Part shown: positions 48,056 to 56,304 of the stretch, one piece after another
Layout: every line of letters begins with the position of its first letter
How positions within the stretch are numbered: position 1 is the stretch's first letter
Assembly: GCA_002380425.1 (NCBI GenBank)
Contig: DFUR01000068.1
Span: 87-64,086 of the forward strand
DNA from: Bacteroidales bacterium UBA4181
Lineage (GTDB): Bacteria; Bacteroidota; Bacteroidia; Bacteroidales; UBA4181
DNA length: 64,000 nucleotides
Reading direction: 5' to 3'
Made by a program: the position numbers and the translations under genes
The notes under the pieces: model-generated
What the model saw: the letters and a program-made list of their open reading frames with translations, nothing else
What the model was told of the DNA's origin: nothing
Databases searched by the model: none

Positions 48056-51000
48056 TTACTCTTTGGACTCAGCGGCAGGAGCGGAGGCTGCATCAATAGC
48101 AGCCAGGCGCTGATAGCTGCGCAGGCGCCAGCGGGCATTGTCTTCCGATGCTGCAAACAGAGCATCAGCATCCTCAGGAAATTCCTTCTTTAACGAGGAG
48201 TAACGAACCTCGCTGAGAATAAACTCCCTGAACTTAGACCAATCAGGCTCTTTGGAGTCCAGCTGGAAGGGATTCTTGCCTTCCTGCTCCAGCAAAGGAT
48301 TGAAGCGGTAGGTGTGCCAGTAGCCGCATTCCACCGCCAGTTTCTCCTGTTTCTGGGTAGAGCCCATCCCGGTACGAATACCGTGGTTGATACAGGGAGA
48401 GTAGGCGATAATCAGCGAAGGCCCGTTGTAGGCTTCGGCCTCGCGCACCGCTTTGAGGAACTGAGCCTGGCTTGCACCCATAGCCACTTGTGCTACATAG
48501 ACATATCCATAGCTCATTGCCATCATCCCCAAGTCTTTTTTCCGGATTCTCTTTCCGGATGCCGCAAATTTGGCGATGGCCCCCACAGGCGTTGATTTGG
48601 ATGCCTGACCACCGGTATTGGAGTACACCTCCGTATCCAACACCAGTACGTTAACGTTCTCACCCGATGCCAGCACGTGATCGAGGCCACCGTATCCAAT
48701 ATCATATGCCCAGCCGTCCCCGCCAATAATCCAGACAGATTTCTTGACAAGATACTGCCCCAGTTCGCTGATTTGGGAACATATATCACAGGTACAGGTT
48801 GATACGAGGGGGATGATCTGTTTGGCCAGTTCTTCAGTCTTGGCTGCATCCTCACGGTTTTCAATCCATTCCATGAAGAGGGCTTTCATCTCAGGAGTGC
48901 AGACATCCGATTCCTGAGCGTTGCGCATCAGTTTTTCCAAACGATTGCGCATCTGCTCCACGCCCGTGTGAATGCCCAGCCCGTACTCAGCATTGTCCTC
49001 AAACAGAGAGTTTGCCCAGGCAGGTCCTTTCCCTTCGGAGTTGGTGCAATACGGTGTGGAAGGAGCCGAGCCGCTGTATATCGAGGAACATCCGGTAGCA
49101 TTGGCTACAATCATGCGGTCACCAAAGAGCTGGGAGATGAGCTTCACATAAGGAGTTTCACCACATCCGGCACAAGCTCCAGAGAACTCAAACAGAGGTT
49201 GAGAGAACTGGCTGTTCTTGACGCTCTGATCCTTGGGTGCGATCTTGTCCTTGTATGTCACCACCGAGGTGATCTGGTTCCAGAGTTCGCTTTGAACCAT
49301 CTGGGACTCCAGAGGCTTCATGATCAAGGCCTTGTTCTTTGCAGGACACACATCTGCACAATTCCCGCATCCGGTACAATCCAGAGGGGAAACCTGAATC
49401 CTGAACTCGAGTCCGGCAAAAACCTTCTGAGGAATAGCGGCAATCATCGGAGTGCCTTCGGGGAGAGATTGCTTTTCCTCGGGGCTAATCAGGAACGGAC
49501 GAATCACAGCATGAGGACACACATAGGCGCACTGGTTACACTGAATACACTCGTTGGGCTGCCATTCCGGAACGGTAACGGCAATCCCCCTCTTTTCGAA
49601 GGCAGCCGTTCCCTGAGGAAAGGTACCATCTTCGCGACCAAGAAATGCGCTCACAGGCAGATCATTGCCCTTTTGATTGTTGATGGGAACCACCACCTTA
49701 CGAATAAATTCAGGCAGATGGGCATCTGCATCATCCCCACTTAGCACAATGTCCTTCCACTGAGCAGGAACATCCACTCTGACCACATCAGAACCACGAT
49801 CTACAGCAGCATGGTTCATGGCCACCACATCCTCACCCTTCTTGCCGTAGGATTTGACGATGAATTGTTTCATCTCCCGTACTGCCAGTTCATATGGAAT
49901 GACATTAGCAATTTTGAAGAAGGCAGACTGCAGGATGGTGTTGGTACGGGTACTGCCCAGACCAACCTCAATGGCCATCTGGGTAGCGTTGATGATGTAA
50001 AAGTTGATCTCGTTCTCTGCCAGGTATTTTTTTACAGCATCAGGCAACTTCGATTTGGTCGTTTCTGCATCCCAAAGGCTGTTAAGCAGGAAGGTACCCC
50101 CCTTACACAGTCCCTTCAGAACATCGTATTTGCCCAGATAGGGGAACACATGACAAGCTACAAAATCGGGCGTGTTCACCAGATAGGGCGAGCGAATGGG
50201 TGTGTCTCCGAAACGAAGGTGAGAGATGGTAATTCCCCCGGTCTTTTTGGAGTCATAATCAAAATAGGCCTGGCAGTACTTATCGGTAGTTTCCCCGATA
50301 ATCTTGATGGAGTTTTTATTGGCACCCACAGTACCATCACCGCCAATACCGTAGAACTTAGCCTGGAAAGTCCCGGCAGAGTTCATATTCACTTCGGGAA
50401 GGACGGGCAGCGACAGGAAGGTCACGTCATCCACAATCCCGATGGTGAAACCGTTCTTGGGTTCGTTGCGCTTCATGTTGTCCACTACCGAGAGAATCTG
50501 GGCAGGAGTGGTATCCTTGGACGAAAGACCGTAACGGCCACCGATCACCATGGGGGCATCCGGTCTTCCATAGAACAGATTTTTCACATCCATGTAAAGG
50601 GGTTCGCCATTGGCACCTGGCTCCTTGGTGCGATCCAGAACGGAGATTCTCTTCACCGAAGAGGGAAGCACTTTCAGGAAATATTTTTCGGAGAAGGGCC
50701 GATAGAGATGAACCGTGATCAAACCAACTTTTTCACCCCTTTCTGACAGATAGTCAATGGTTTCTCGAATTGTATCTGTCACCGAGCCCATGGCCACGAT
50801 CACATTTTGCGCATCGGGAGCTCCGTAGTATGTGAAGGGATGGTACTCTCTGCCAGTGATTTTCTGAATCTCCTGCATATACTCTTCAACCATGTCGGGA
50901 ATACCCAGATAGAAACTATTGGAAGCCTCCCTCGCCTGAAAATAGATATCGGGATTCTGGGCTGTACCACGGGTAACCGGATGTTCGGGGTTCAGCGCAC

Positions 51001-51622
51001 GATCGCGGAATTCCTTCAGAGCCTTCTTGTCCAGAAGTTTCACCAGGTCCTCGCTGTTCATGGCCTCCACCTTTTGAATCTCGTGCGAAGTCCGGAACCC
51101 ATCGAAGAAATGCAGGAAGGGAACGCGGGCCTTGATGGCACCCAAATGGGCGATACCAGCCAAATCCATGATCTCCTGAACACTGCTTGTGGCAAGCATG
51201 GCAAAACCAGTCTGACGAGTACTCATCACGTCGCTGTGGTCCCCGAATATGGAAAGGGCCTGAGCCGCCAGGCTACGGGCAGAAACATGAAAAACCCCGG
51301 GCAGCAGCTCCCCGGAAATCTTGTACATATTGGGAATCATCAGTAGTAATCCCTGTGAAGCGGTGAAGGTTGTACTGAGGGCTCCGGACTGCAACGACCC
51401 GTGCAAAGCACCTGCGGCACCGGCTTCGGACTGCATTTCAACCACATGGACCGTCTCACCGAAAATATTCTTCTTCCCTTTGGCGGCCCACTCATCCACA
51501 TACTCTGCCATCGTTGAGGAAGGCGTGATGGGGTAGATTGCGGCCACCTCACTAAACATGTACGCAATATGCGCAGCGGCATAATTACCGTCACATGTCA
51601 CAAACTTCTTATCTTTTGCCAT
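48056..51622 (-). CDS. nifJ: Pyruvate:ferredoxin (flavodoxin) oxidoreductase
   Basis: This single polypeptide is about 1188 aa. Two ferredoxin motifs are present (CIQCNQCAYVCP and CTGCGNCADVCP), plus the TPP-binding block GGDGWAYDIG. ATG at 51622 (MAKDKKF); the ORF-track start is GTG. Confidence 0.92.
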   Translation of the reverse strand: MAKDKKFVTCDGNYAAAHIAYMFSEVAAIYPITPSSTMAEYVDEWAAKGKKNIFGETVHVVEMQSEAGAAGALHGSLQSGALSTTFTASQGLLLMIPNMYKISGELLPGVFHVSARSLAAQALSIFGDHSDVMSTRQTGFAMLATSSVQEIMDLAGIAHLGAIKARVPFLHFFDGFRTSHEIQKVEAMNSEDLVKLLDKKALKEFRDRALNPEHPVTRGTAQNPDIYFQAREASNSFYLGIPDMVEEYMQEIQKITGREYHPFTYYGAPDAQNVIVAMGSVTDTIRETIDYLSERGEKVGLITVHLYRPFSEKYFLKVLPSSVKRISVLDRTKEPGANGEPLYMDVKNLFYGRPDAPMVIGGRYGLSSKDTTPAQILSVVDNMKRNEPKNGFTIGIVDDVTFLSLPVLPEVNMNSAGTFQAKFYGIGGDGTVGANKNSIKIIGETTDKYCQAYFDYDSKKTGGITISHLRFGDTPIRSPYLVNTPDFVACHVFPYLGKYDVLKGLCKGGTFLLNSLWDAETTKSKLPDAVKKYLAENEINFYIINATQMAIEVGLGSTRTNTILQSAFFKIANVIPYELAVREMKQFIVKSYGKKGEDVVAMNHAAVDRGSDVVRVDVPAQWKDIVLSGDDADAHLPEFIRKVVVPINNQKGNDLPVSAFLGREDGTFPQGTAAFEKRGIAVTVPEWQPNECIQCNQCAYVCPHAVIRPFLISPEEKQSLPEGTPMIAAIPQKVFAGLEFRIQVSPLDCTGCGNCADVCPAKNKALIMKPLESQMVQSELWNQITSVVTYKDKIAPKDQSVKNSQFSQPLFEFSGACAGCGETPYVKLISQLFGDRMIVANATGCSSIYSGSAPSTPYCTNSEGKGPAWANSLFEDNAEYGLGIHTGVEQMRNRLEKLMRNAQESDVCTPEMKALFMEWIENREDAAKTEELAKQIIPLVSTCTCDICSQISELGQYLVKKSVWIIGGDGWAYDIGYGGLDHVLASGENVNVLVLDTEVYSNTGGQASKSTPVGAIAKFAASGKRIRKKDLGMMAMSYGYVYVAQVAMGASQAQFLKAVREAEAYNGPSLIIAYSPCINHGIRTGMGSTQKQEKLAVECGYWHTYRFNPLLEQEGKNPFQLDSKEPDWSKFREFILSEVRYSSLKKEFPEDADALFAASEDNARWRLRSYQRLAAIDAASAPAAESKE

Positions 51623-51660
51623 ATTCACTAAGGATTTATTTGTGTTTTCAACCGAGTCCG

Positions 51661-51668
51661 CAAAATTA
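51661..51668 (-). promoter_or_regulatory. Candidate -7 box (TAATTTTG) for nifJ
   Basis: The minus strand reads ATAATTTTGCG, 38 nt upstream of ATG 51622. Confidence 0.4.
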
Positions 51669-51784
51669 TAAAAAAAAATGAATACGCTGTCTTCTACAGG
51701 GATTAAAGCGTTGCGTACCTTTGTCTCGTTCCAAGCACTCCCTTACCACAGCCCAAAACACAAACAAATTTCCACTCCATATTG

Positions 51785-52312
51785 ATGTCGCCCTTCACAC
51801 GCAATCTGTGCTACGAGTTGTTCCGCCCCCACAGCAAAGGCCACGGAATCCATTCCCCCTTTGTGTATCGTTTGGTACGCGAGGTCCTGATGCCCTCCCG
51901 CCATCATTCGGTTCCCGACACTTCGACCCTCCCTGACCATCTGGTGCGGGAGTGCACCTCCCTCTGCGCCCAACACCACCTGAGAGCCAAATACCTTAAT
52001 CTTTTGTTCAGGCTATACAGCTATTGCAATTTAAAATCAATCATCTATACACATCATCCCAACTCTGAACATCCCTCCTTGATCATCCATTCCTCCGGCA
52101 CTTGTCCAACCCCTGATTTCAGATCTGCGTCACACACCCAGACATGGTCATCTCATCCCGGAGATGTTATGATTCTCTTTTGCCCGTCCTTGCAAGAAAA
52201 GGAAAACCTCCTTCAAGTCATTCCACACACCGTATCCATTGATCTCCACCGGCTCGTCATCCTCTTTTTCGACCCCCGCCTCACCCCGCAGAAATTCCTG
52301 ATATACTTCTAA
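51785..52312 (+). CDS. Hypothetical His/Pro/Ser-rich protein (175 aa), possibly a degenerate relative of a class I SAM-dependent methyltransferase family
   Basis: This is the only long ORF in a strongly C-rich, G-poor stretch. The N-terminal GHGIHSPFVY resembles a motif I recall from Bacteroidota methyltransferase-like proteins. No GxGxG SAM-binding motif is visible, and the product is shorter than I recall for that family. Coding status is uncertain. Confidence 0.4.
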   Translation: MSPFTRNLCYELFRPHSKGHGIHSPFVYRLVREVLMPSRHHSVPDTSTLPDHLVRECTSLCAQHHLRAKYLNLLFRLYSYCNLKSIIYTHHPNSEHPSLIIHSSGTCPTPDFRSASHTQTWSSHPGDVMILFCPSLQEKENLLQVIPHTVSIDLHRLVILFFDPRLTPQKFLIYF

Positions 52313-52341
52313 CCACATCATCATCAACAGGAACACACCAT

Positions 52342-52393
52342 CCCGCAGCCCTGTTGAGGACCTCGCTGTGCCCTGCCCCCCGCAGCCCTGTTG
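52342..52393 (+). repeat. Two direct copies of the 15-nt CCCGCAGCCCTGTTG, 37 nt start-to-start
   Basis: Exact copies lie at 52342-52356 and 52379-52393, in the gap between the hypothetical ORF and the oxidoreductase operon. Confidence 0.9.
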
Positions 52394-52409
52394 GAACACC
52401 CCCGTCTTG

Positions 52410-52428
52410 TTATTAACATCGTTAATAA
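52410..52428. promoter_or_regulatory. Perfect inverted repeat TTATTAAC-ATC-GTTAATAA (candidate operator)
   Basis: The 8-bp arms and 3-nt spacer lie about 40 nt upstream of the candidate -7 box at 52468. Confidence 0.35.
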
Positions 52429-52467
52429 CTTCCCTCTGCAACACAACGAAACATAAGAAATATACAT

Positions 52468-52475
52468 TACGTTTG
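52468..52475 (+). promoter_or_regulatory. Candidate -7 box (TACGTTTG) for the oxidoreductase operon
   Basis: The box matches TAnnTTTG and ends 17 nt before ATG 52493. The box's last base (52475) is also the first base of the ORF-track GTG start, so that GTG lies upstream of the implied transcript start and ATG 52493 is favoured. Confidence 0.4.
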
Positions 52476-52492
52476 TGAAAACAAACCCGAAC

Positions 52493-53389
52493 ATGCTCAG
52501 AACCGGTATTTGTGGCATAGGAGATTACAACCATTACTTCCACAATTTTCTCAAGCCATCCGATGACATGGAAATCACCGGATGTTACGATCCAGATTAC
52601 GATCGGGCACTCGCTTTCGCCCGTCAGCACAAAATCATAGCCTACCGTTCCCCGGAAAAGTTGCTTCCGTATACCGATGCCCTGCTCGTCACCAGCACCC
52701 GTCCTGAGGCTGTTTCCTGGTGTGAAATGGCCATCCGGAACTGCCATCATGTGTTTCTGCACGAGGACCATTCCATACCGAACGACACCTTACTTCGTTT
52801 CCGCAGCCTGGCCCGGGAGGCCAATGTTCTGCTGTTTATTCCGGGGAAATTCACCTCCCTGCCCGCAGTGGAGTCTGTATGTACCTGGGCAAACCGTCCC
52901 TACCTCCTGGATATGAAATGTCAGATGCCCATTCGAGACAATCTGCTGATGCATTTGTTCCTGCTTGCGCTGACACTTCAGGAGGGGAGCTTTCGGAAAA
53001 TAGAGTCCAAGAAATGGACCGGAAACCCCGAAATTCCTCCAACCTGTTGTGCCCGTATTGAGTTTGACAATGGGGCTATGATGAACCTGACCATTGAGGA
53101 CAGTCCGAAGCTGCTTCAGGCGGAAATCCGGGTGCTTTCATCAAAAGCTTCTATACATGCCGATCTGCTCACGGGACACCTTTCCACGCGATACACCGGA
53201 TACTCGGATATTATCAGCGAGCACAACCTTCCCGGAACGGATGCAGAACGGCTTGCCAGGGAATTGTCTCTCTTTCTGCGAGCCATCCGGAACGAGTCCG
53301 ATGCTGTGCGTATTGCCGACAGGCAACAAGCCTCTATTGACCTGGTAGCCCGCTGGCATCAGAGCATTCGTTCATATCAGATTGCATGA
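52493..53389 (+). CDS. Gfo/Idh/MocA-like oxidoreductase-fold protein (divergent)
   Basis: The N-terminal Rossmann-like block reads RTGICGIGDY, with an alpha/beta layout. The usual EKP motif position reads HEDH. The stop overlaps the next gene's ATG (ATGA). Confidence 0.55.
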   Translation: MLRTGICGIGDYNHYFHNFLKPSDDMEITGCYDPDYDRALAFARQHKIIAYRSPEKLLPYTDALLVTSTRPEAVSWCEMAIRNCHHVFLHEDHSIPNDTLLRFRSLAREANVLLFIPGKFTSLPAVESVCTWANRPYLLDMKCQMPIRDNLLMHLFLLALTLQEGSFRKIESKKWTGNPEIPPTCCARIEFDNGAMMNLTIEDSPKLLQAEIRVLSSKASIHADLLTGHLSTRYTGYSDIISEHNLPGTDAERLARELSLFLRAIRNESDAVRIADRQQASIDLVARWHQSIRSYQIA

Positions 53390-56304
53390 ATTCCACTTCG
53401 CTGAATAGGCTTGCCCGGCAACTCCGGGGTACCCTGGAATGGGATGAACTGCACAAAATTGCGTATGCCACCGATGCATCCCCTTACAGAGAAATTCCGC
53501 TGGCTGTTGCTTGCCCTGCCAGTTTGGAAGACATACGCTCCCTCATTGATTTTGCACGCGAACAGCACATAACATTGATTCCCCGGGCCGGAGGAACCTC
53601 TCTGGCAGGCCAGGTAACAGGGAGTGGTCTGGTTGTGGATGTGTCACGGCACATGAACCAGATTCTGGAGATCAATCCCCAGGAGCAGTGGGCCCGGGTT
53701 GAGCCTGGGGTGATTTTGGATGATCTTAATCAGGTTGCCCGGGCGCACGGTCTCTTCTTCGGTCCGGAAACCTCCACATCCAACCGTTGTTGTCTTGGAG
53801 GAATGGTGGGTAACAATTCCTGCGGAGCGCACTCGTTAGTTTACGGCAGTACCCGTGACCATATCCGTTGGTTGAAGGTAATGCTCAGCGATGGGAGCGA
53901 AGCGACCCTTTGCGACTGGAATACGCTCACAGGCGTCGCGCAACCCGGAAGCCTTCTGGAAAATATCTGCAATAACCTTTCAGCCATACTGTCCGACACT
54001 GAGAACCAGCAAGAAATACGAAGACAGTATCCCAGACCGGACATCCACAGGAGGAACAACGGTTACGCACTCGACGCCCTGTTGGAAACAGAACCGTTCT
54101 CGGGGAATCACATTCCGTTCAACCTCTCCAGGCTGATTGCCGGTTCAGAGGGCACCCTGGCATTTGTTACCGAAATATGTGTCGGACTGGTACCCCTTCC
54201 GCCCCCCTTCAAGGCCCTGGTGTGTGTGCACCTGAATTCTGTGGATGAAGCCTTGCAAGCCAATCTGATTGCCCTTCGCCACCATCCTGCTGCAGTGGAA
54301 CTCATGGACGACGTAATTCTTAAGTGTACTCGCGAGAACCTGTCCCAGCAGCGAAACCGGTTTTTTGTCCAGGGAGATCCCGGGGCCATCCTGATTATTG
54401 AATTCGCGGGGTCCGATGCGGAAAACACTCTTCCTGTTGCCAATCAGGTTATTGCAGCTCTCAGGGATGCTGGATATGGATATCATTTCCCCATCATTAC
54501 CGGGAGCGATATCAACAGAGTCTGGGCCCTTCGAAAGGCTGGCCTGGGCGTGCTCTCCAACATCAAAGGCGACGCCAAGCCTGTTTCTGTGACAGAAGAC
54601 ACAGCAGTTCATCCGGAGGATCTTCCCGGGTTCATCCGGGATTTCAGAGCTCTTCTGGATCGTCATTCTCTTACAGCGGTTTACCATGCCCACATTGCCA
54701 CAGGTGAGCTGCATCTGCGTCCGGTACTGAACCTTAAAGACCCTTCAGACAGGGAAACCTTTCGTACTTTGGCGCGTGAAACCGCCATGCTGGTGAAAAA
54801 GTACCGGGGGTCTCTGAGCGGAGAGCATGGTGATGGACGACTTCGGGGAGAATTCATTCCCCTCATGTATGGTGAACGGGTGTACCGGTTGTTTTGCCAA
54901 ATCAAGGACTTGTTCGATCCAAACCACCTGTTCAATGCCGGGAAAATCGTGCATACACCTCCGATGAACAGTTTTCTCAGGTACGAAAGCGGACAGGATA
55001 CCCGTCAGTGGAAAACCTGGTTTCGGTTTTCGGAAACTCAGGGGCTGATGCGGGCTGTGGAAGCATGCAACGGTTCGGGAGACTGCCGTAAGCCAGTATC
55101 TATGGGTGGCCTGATGTGTCCGAGCTATATGGCCACCCGCGAGGAACAACACACCACACGGGCACGGGCCAATATCCTGCGGGAATACCTTACCCGATCT
55201 GCCAAGCCCAATCCATTTGACCAGCAGGAAATTCACAGGGTGATGGATCTGTGTCTTTCCTGTAAGGGATGCAAGAGCGAATGCCCCTCCAATGTGGACA
55301 TGGCCATGATCAAGGCCGAGTTTCTGCAGCAATACTACCGCAGCAACGGTGTCCCTATCCGTTCATGGCTTTTTGCCCGAAACCATCTGTTTCAAAAGGC
55401 AGGAACCATATTTCCTGCAGGCTACAACCTGCTGATGCGCCTGACACTGTTCAAGAAACTCATCGGGTGTGCACCGGAACGGTCTTTGCCCACTTTGAGC
55501 CCCAGACATTTCCGGGCTATCTGGAACCATCGGAGGCTTGAAGCGCTCAACCACAAACTGTCCCGGGTGAAAGGCCAGCTATACCTGTTTGTGGATGAGT
55601 TCAGTGAATACAATGAAGCCTGGATTGCAGAGACAGCTCTCCAACTGCTGCATCGTCTGGGCTACCAGATACTACTGCCGCCCCACACCGAGAGCGGACG
55701 GGCAGCCATTTCCAAAGGGCTCCTCAGCAGAGCTCGTAACCTGGCTGAACGCAATGTCGCCAGCCTGTATCCACTAGTGAGCGACGATTGTCCGTTGGTT
55801 GGGCTGGAACCCTCGTGTATTCTGGGATTCCGTGATGAATATCCCCAACTGGTGCGTCCGGAATGGACACAGTGCGCAGAGCAGCTGGCAACAAATACAT
55901 TTACTCTGGAAGAGTTCGTTGTCCGTGAGTGGGAGCAGGGACGTATCTCAAGTCATTCATTCACCGACAAACCGGCAAAGGTTCGGTTCCACGGACACTG
56001 TCATCAAAAAGCGCTGACAACAACCACCTTTCTCCACAGGATGCTCAGTATCCCTGTCAACTATAAGGTTCAGGAAATCAAGTCGGGATGTTGCGGCATG
56101 GCCGGCTCATTCGGTTACGAAAAAGAGCATTACGACCTTTCCATGAAAGTGGGGGAGCTGGTGTTGTTTCCCGAAGTCAGGGATATGGATGCCGAAGAAA
56201 TTCTGGTTGCCCCCGGTACAAGTTGCCGCCAGCACATTCAACACGGAACTGGCCGGATGGCCATTCATCCTGCCGAAATGCTGTTTCGGGCACTGAAGGA
56301 TTAA
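53386..56304 (+). CDS. FAD-linked oxidase fused to Fe-S / CCG domains (YdiJ / GlcD-GlcF fusion type 2-hydroxyacid dehydrogenase)
   Basis: The N-terminal PCMH-type FAD domain carries RAGGTSLAGQ. Ferredoxin-like motifs are CNGSGDCRK..CP and CLSCKGCKSECP. The C-terminal cysteine-rich CCG-type blocks are HGHCHQKA and SGCCGMAGSFG. The length is 972 aa. Confidence 0.8.
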   Translation: MNSTSLNRLARQLRGTLEWDELHKIAYATDASPYREIPLAVACPASLEDIRSLIDFAREQHITLIPRAGGTSLAGQVTGSGLVVDVSRHMNQILEINPQEQWARVEPGVILDDLNQVARAHGLFFGPETSTSNRCCLGGMVGNNSCGAHSLVYGSTRDHIRWLKVMLSDGSEATLCDWNTLTGVAQPGSLLENICNNLSAILSDTENQQEIRRQYPRPDIHRRNNGYALDALLETEPFSGNHIPFNLSRLIAGSEGTLAFVTEICVGLVPLPPPFKALVCVHLNSVDEALQANLIALRHHPAAVELMDDVILKCTRENLSQQRNRFFVQGDPGAILIIEFAGSDAENTLPVANQVIAALRDAGYGYHFPIITGSDINRVWALRKAGLGVLSNIKGDAKPVSVTEDTAVHPEDLPGFIRDFRALLDRHSLTAVYHAHIATGELHLRPVLNLKDPSDRETFRTLARETAMLVKKYRGSLSGEHGDGRLRGEFIPLMYGERVYRLFCQIKDLFDPNHLFNAGKIVHTPPMNSFLRYESGQDTRQWKTWFRFSETQGLMRAVEACNGSGDCRKPVSMGGLMCPSYMATREEQHTTRARANILREYLTRSAKPNPFDQQEIHRVMDLCLSCKGCKSECPSNVDMAMIKAEFLQQYYRSNGVPIRSWLFARNHLFQKAGTIFPAGYNLLMRLTLFKKLIGCAPERSLPTLSPRHFRAIWNHRRLEALNHKLSRVKGQLYLFVDEFSEYNEAWIAETALQLLHRLGYQILLPPHTESGRAAISKGLLSRARNLAERNVASLYPLVSDDCPLVGLEPSCILGFRDEYPQLVRPEWTQCAEQLATNTFTLEEFVVREWEQGRISSHSFTDKPAKVRFHGHCHQKALTTTTFLHRMLSIPVNYKVQEIKSGCCGMAGSFGYEKEHYDLSMKVGELVLFPEVRDMDAEEILVAPGTSCRQHIQHGTGRMAIHPAEMLFRALKD

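Noticed and set aside
48968-50746. 258-aa and 311-aa plus-strand ORFs within nifJ
   Set aside because: They lie antisense to the 1188-aa PFOR gene, whose ferredoxin and TPP motifs are intact and in frame.
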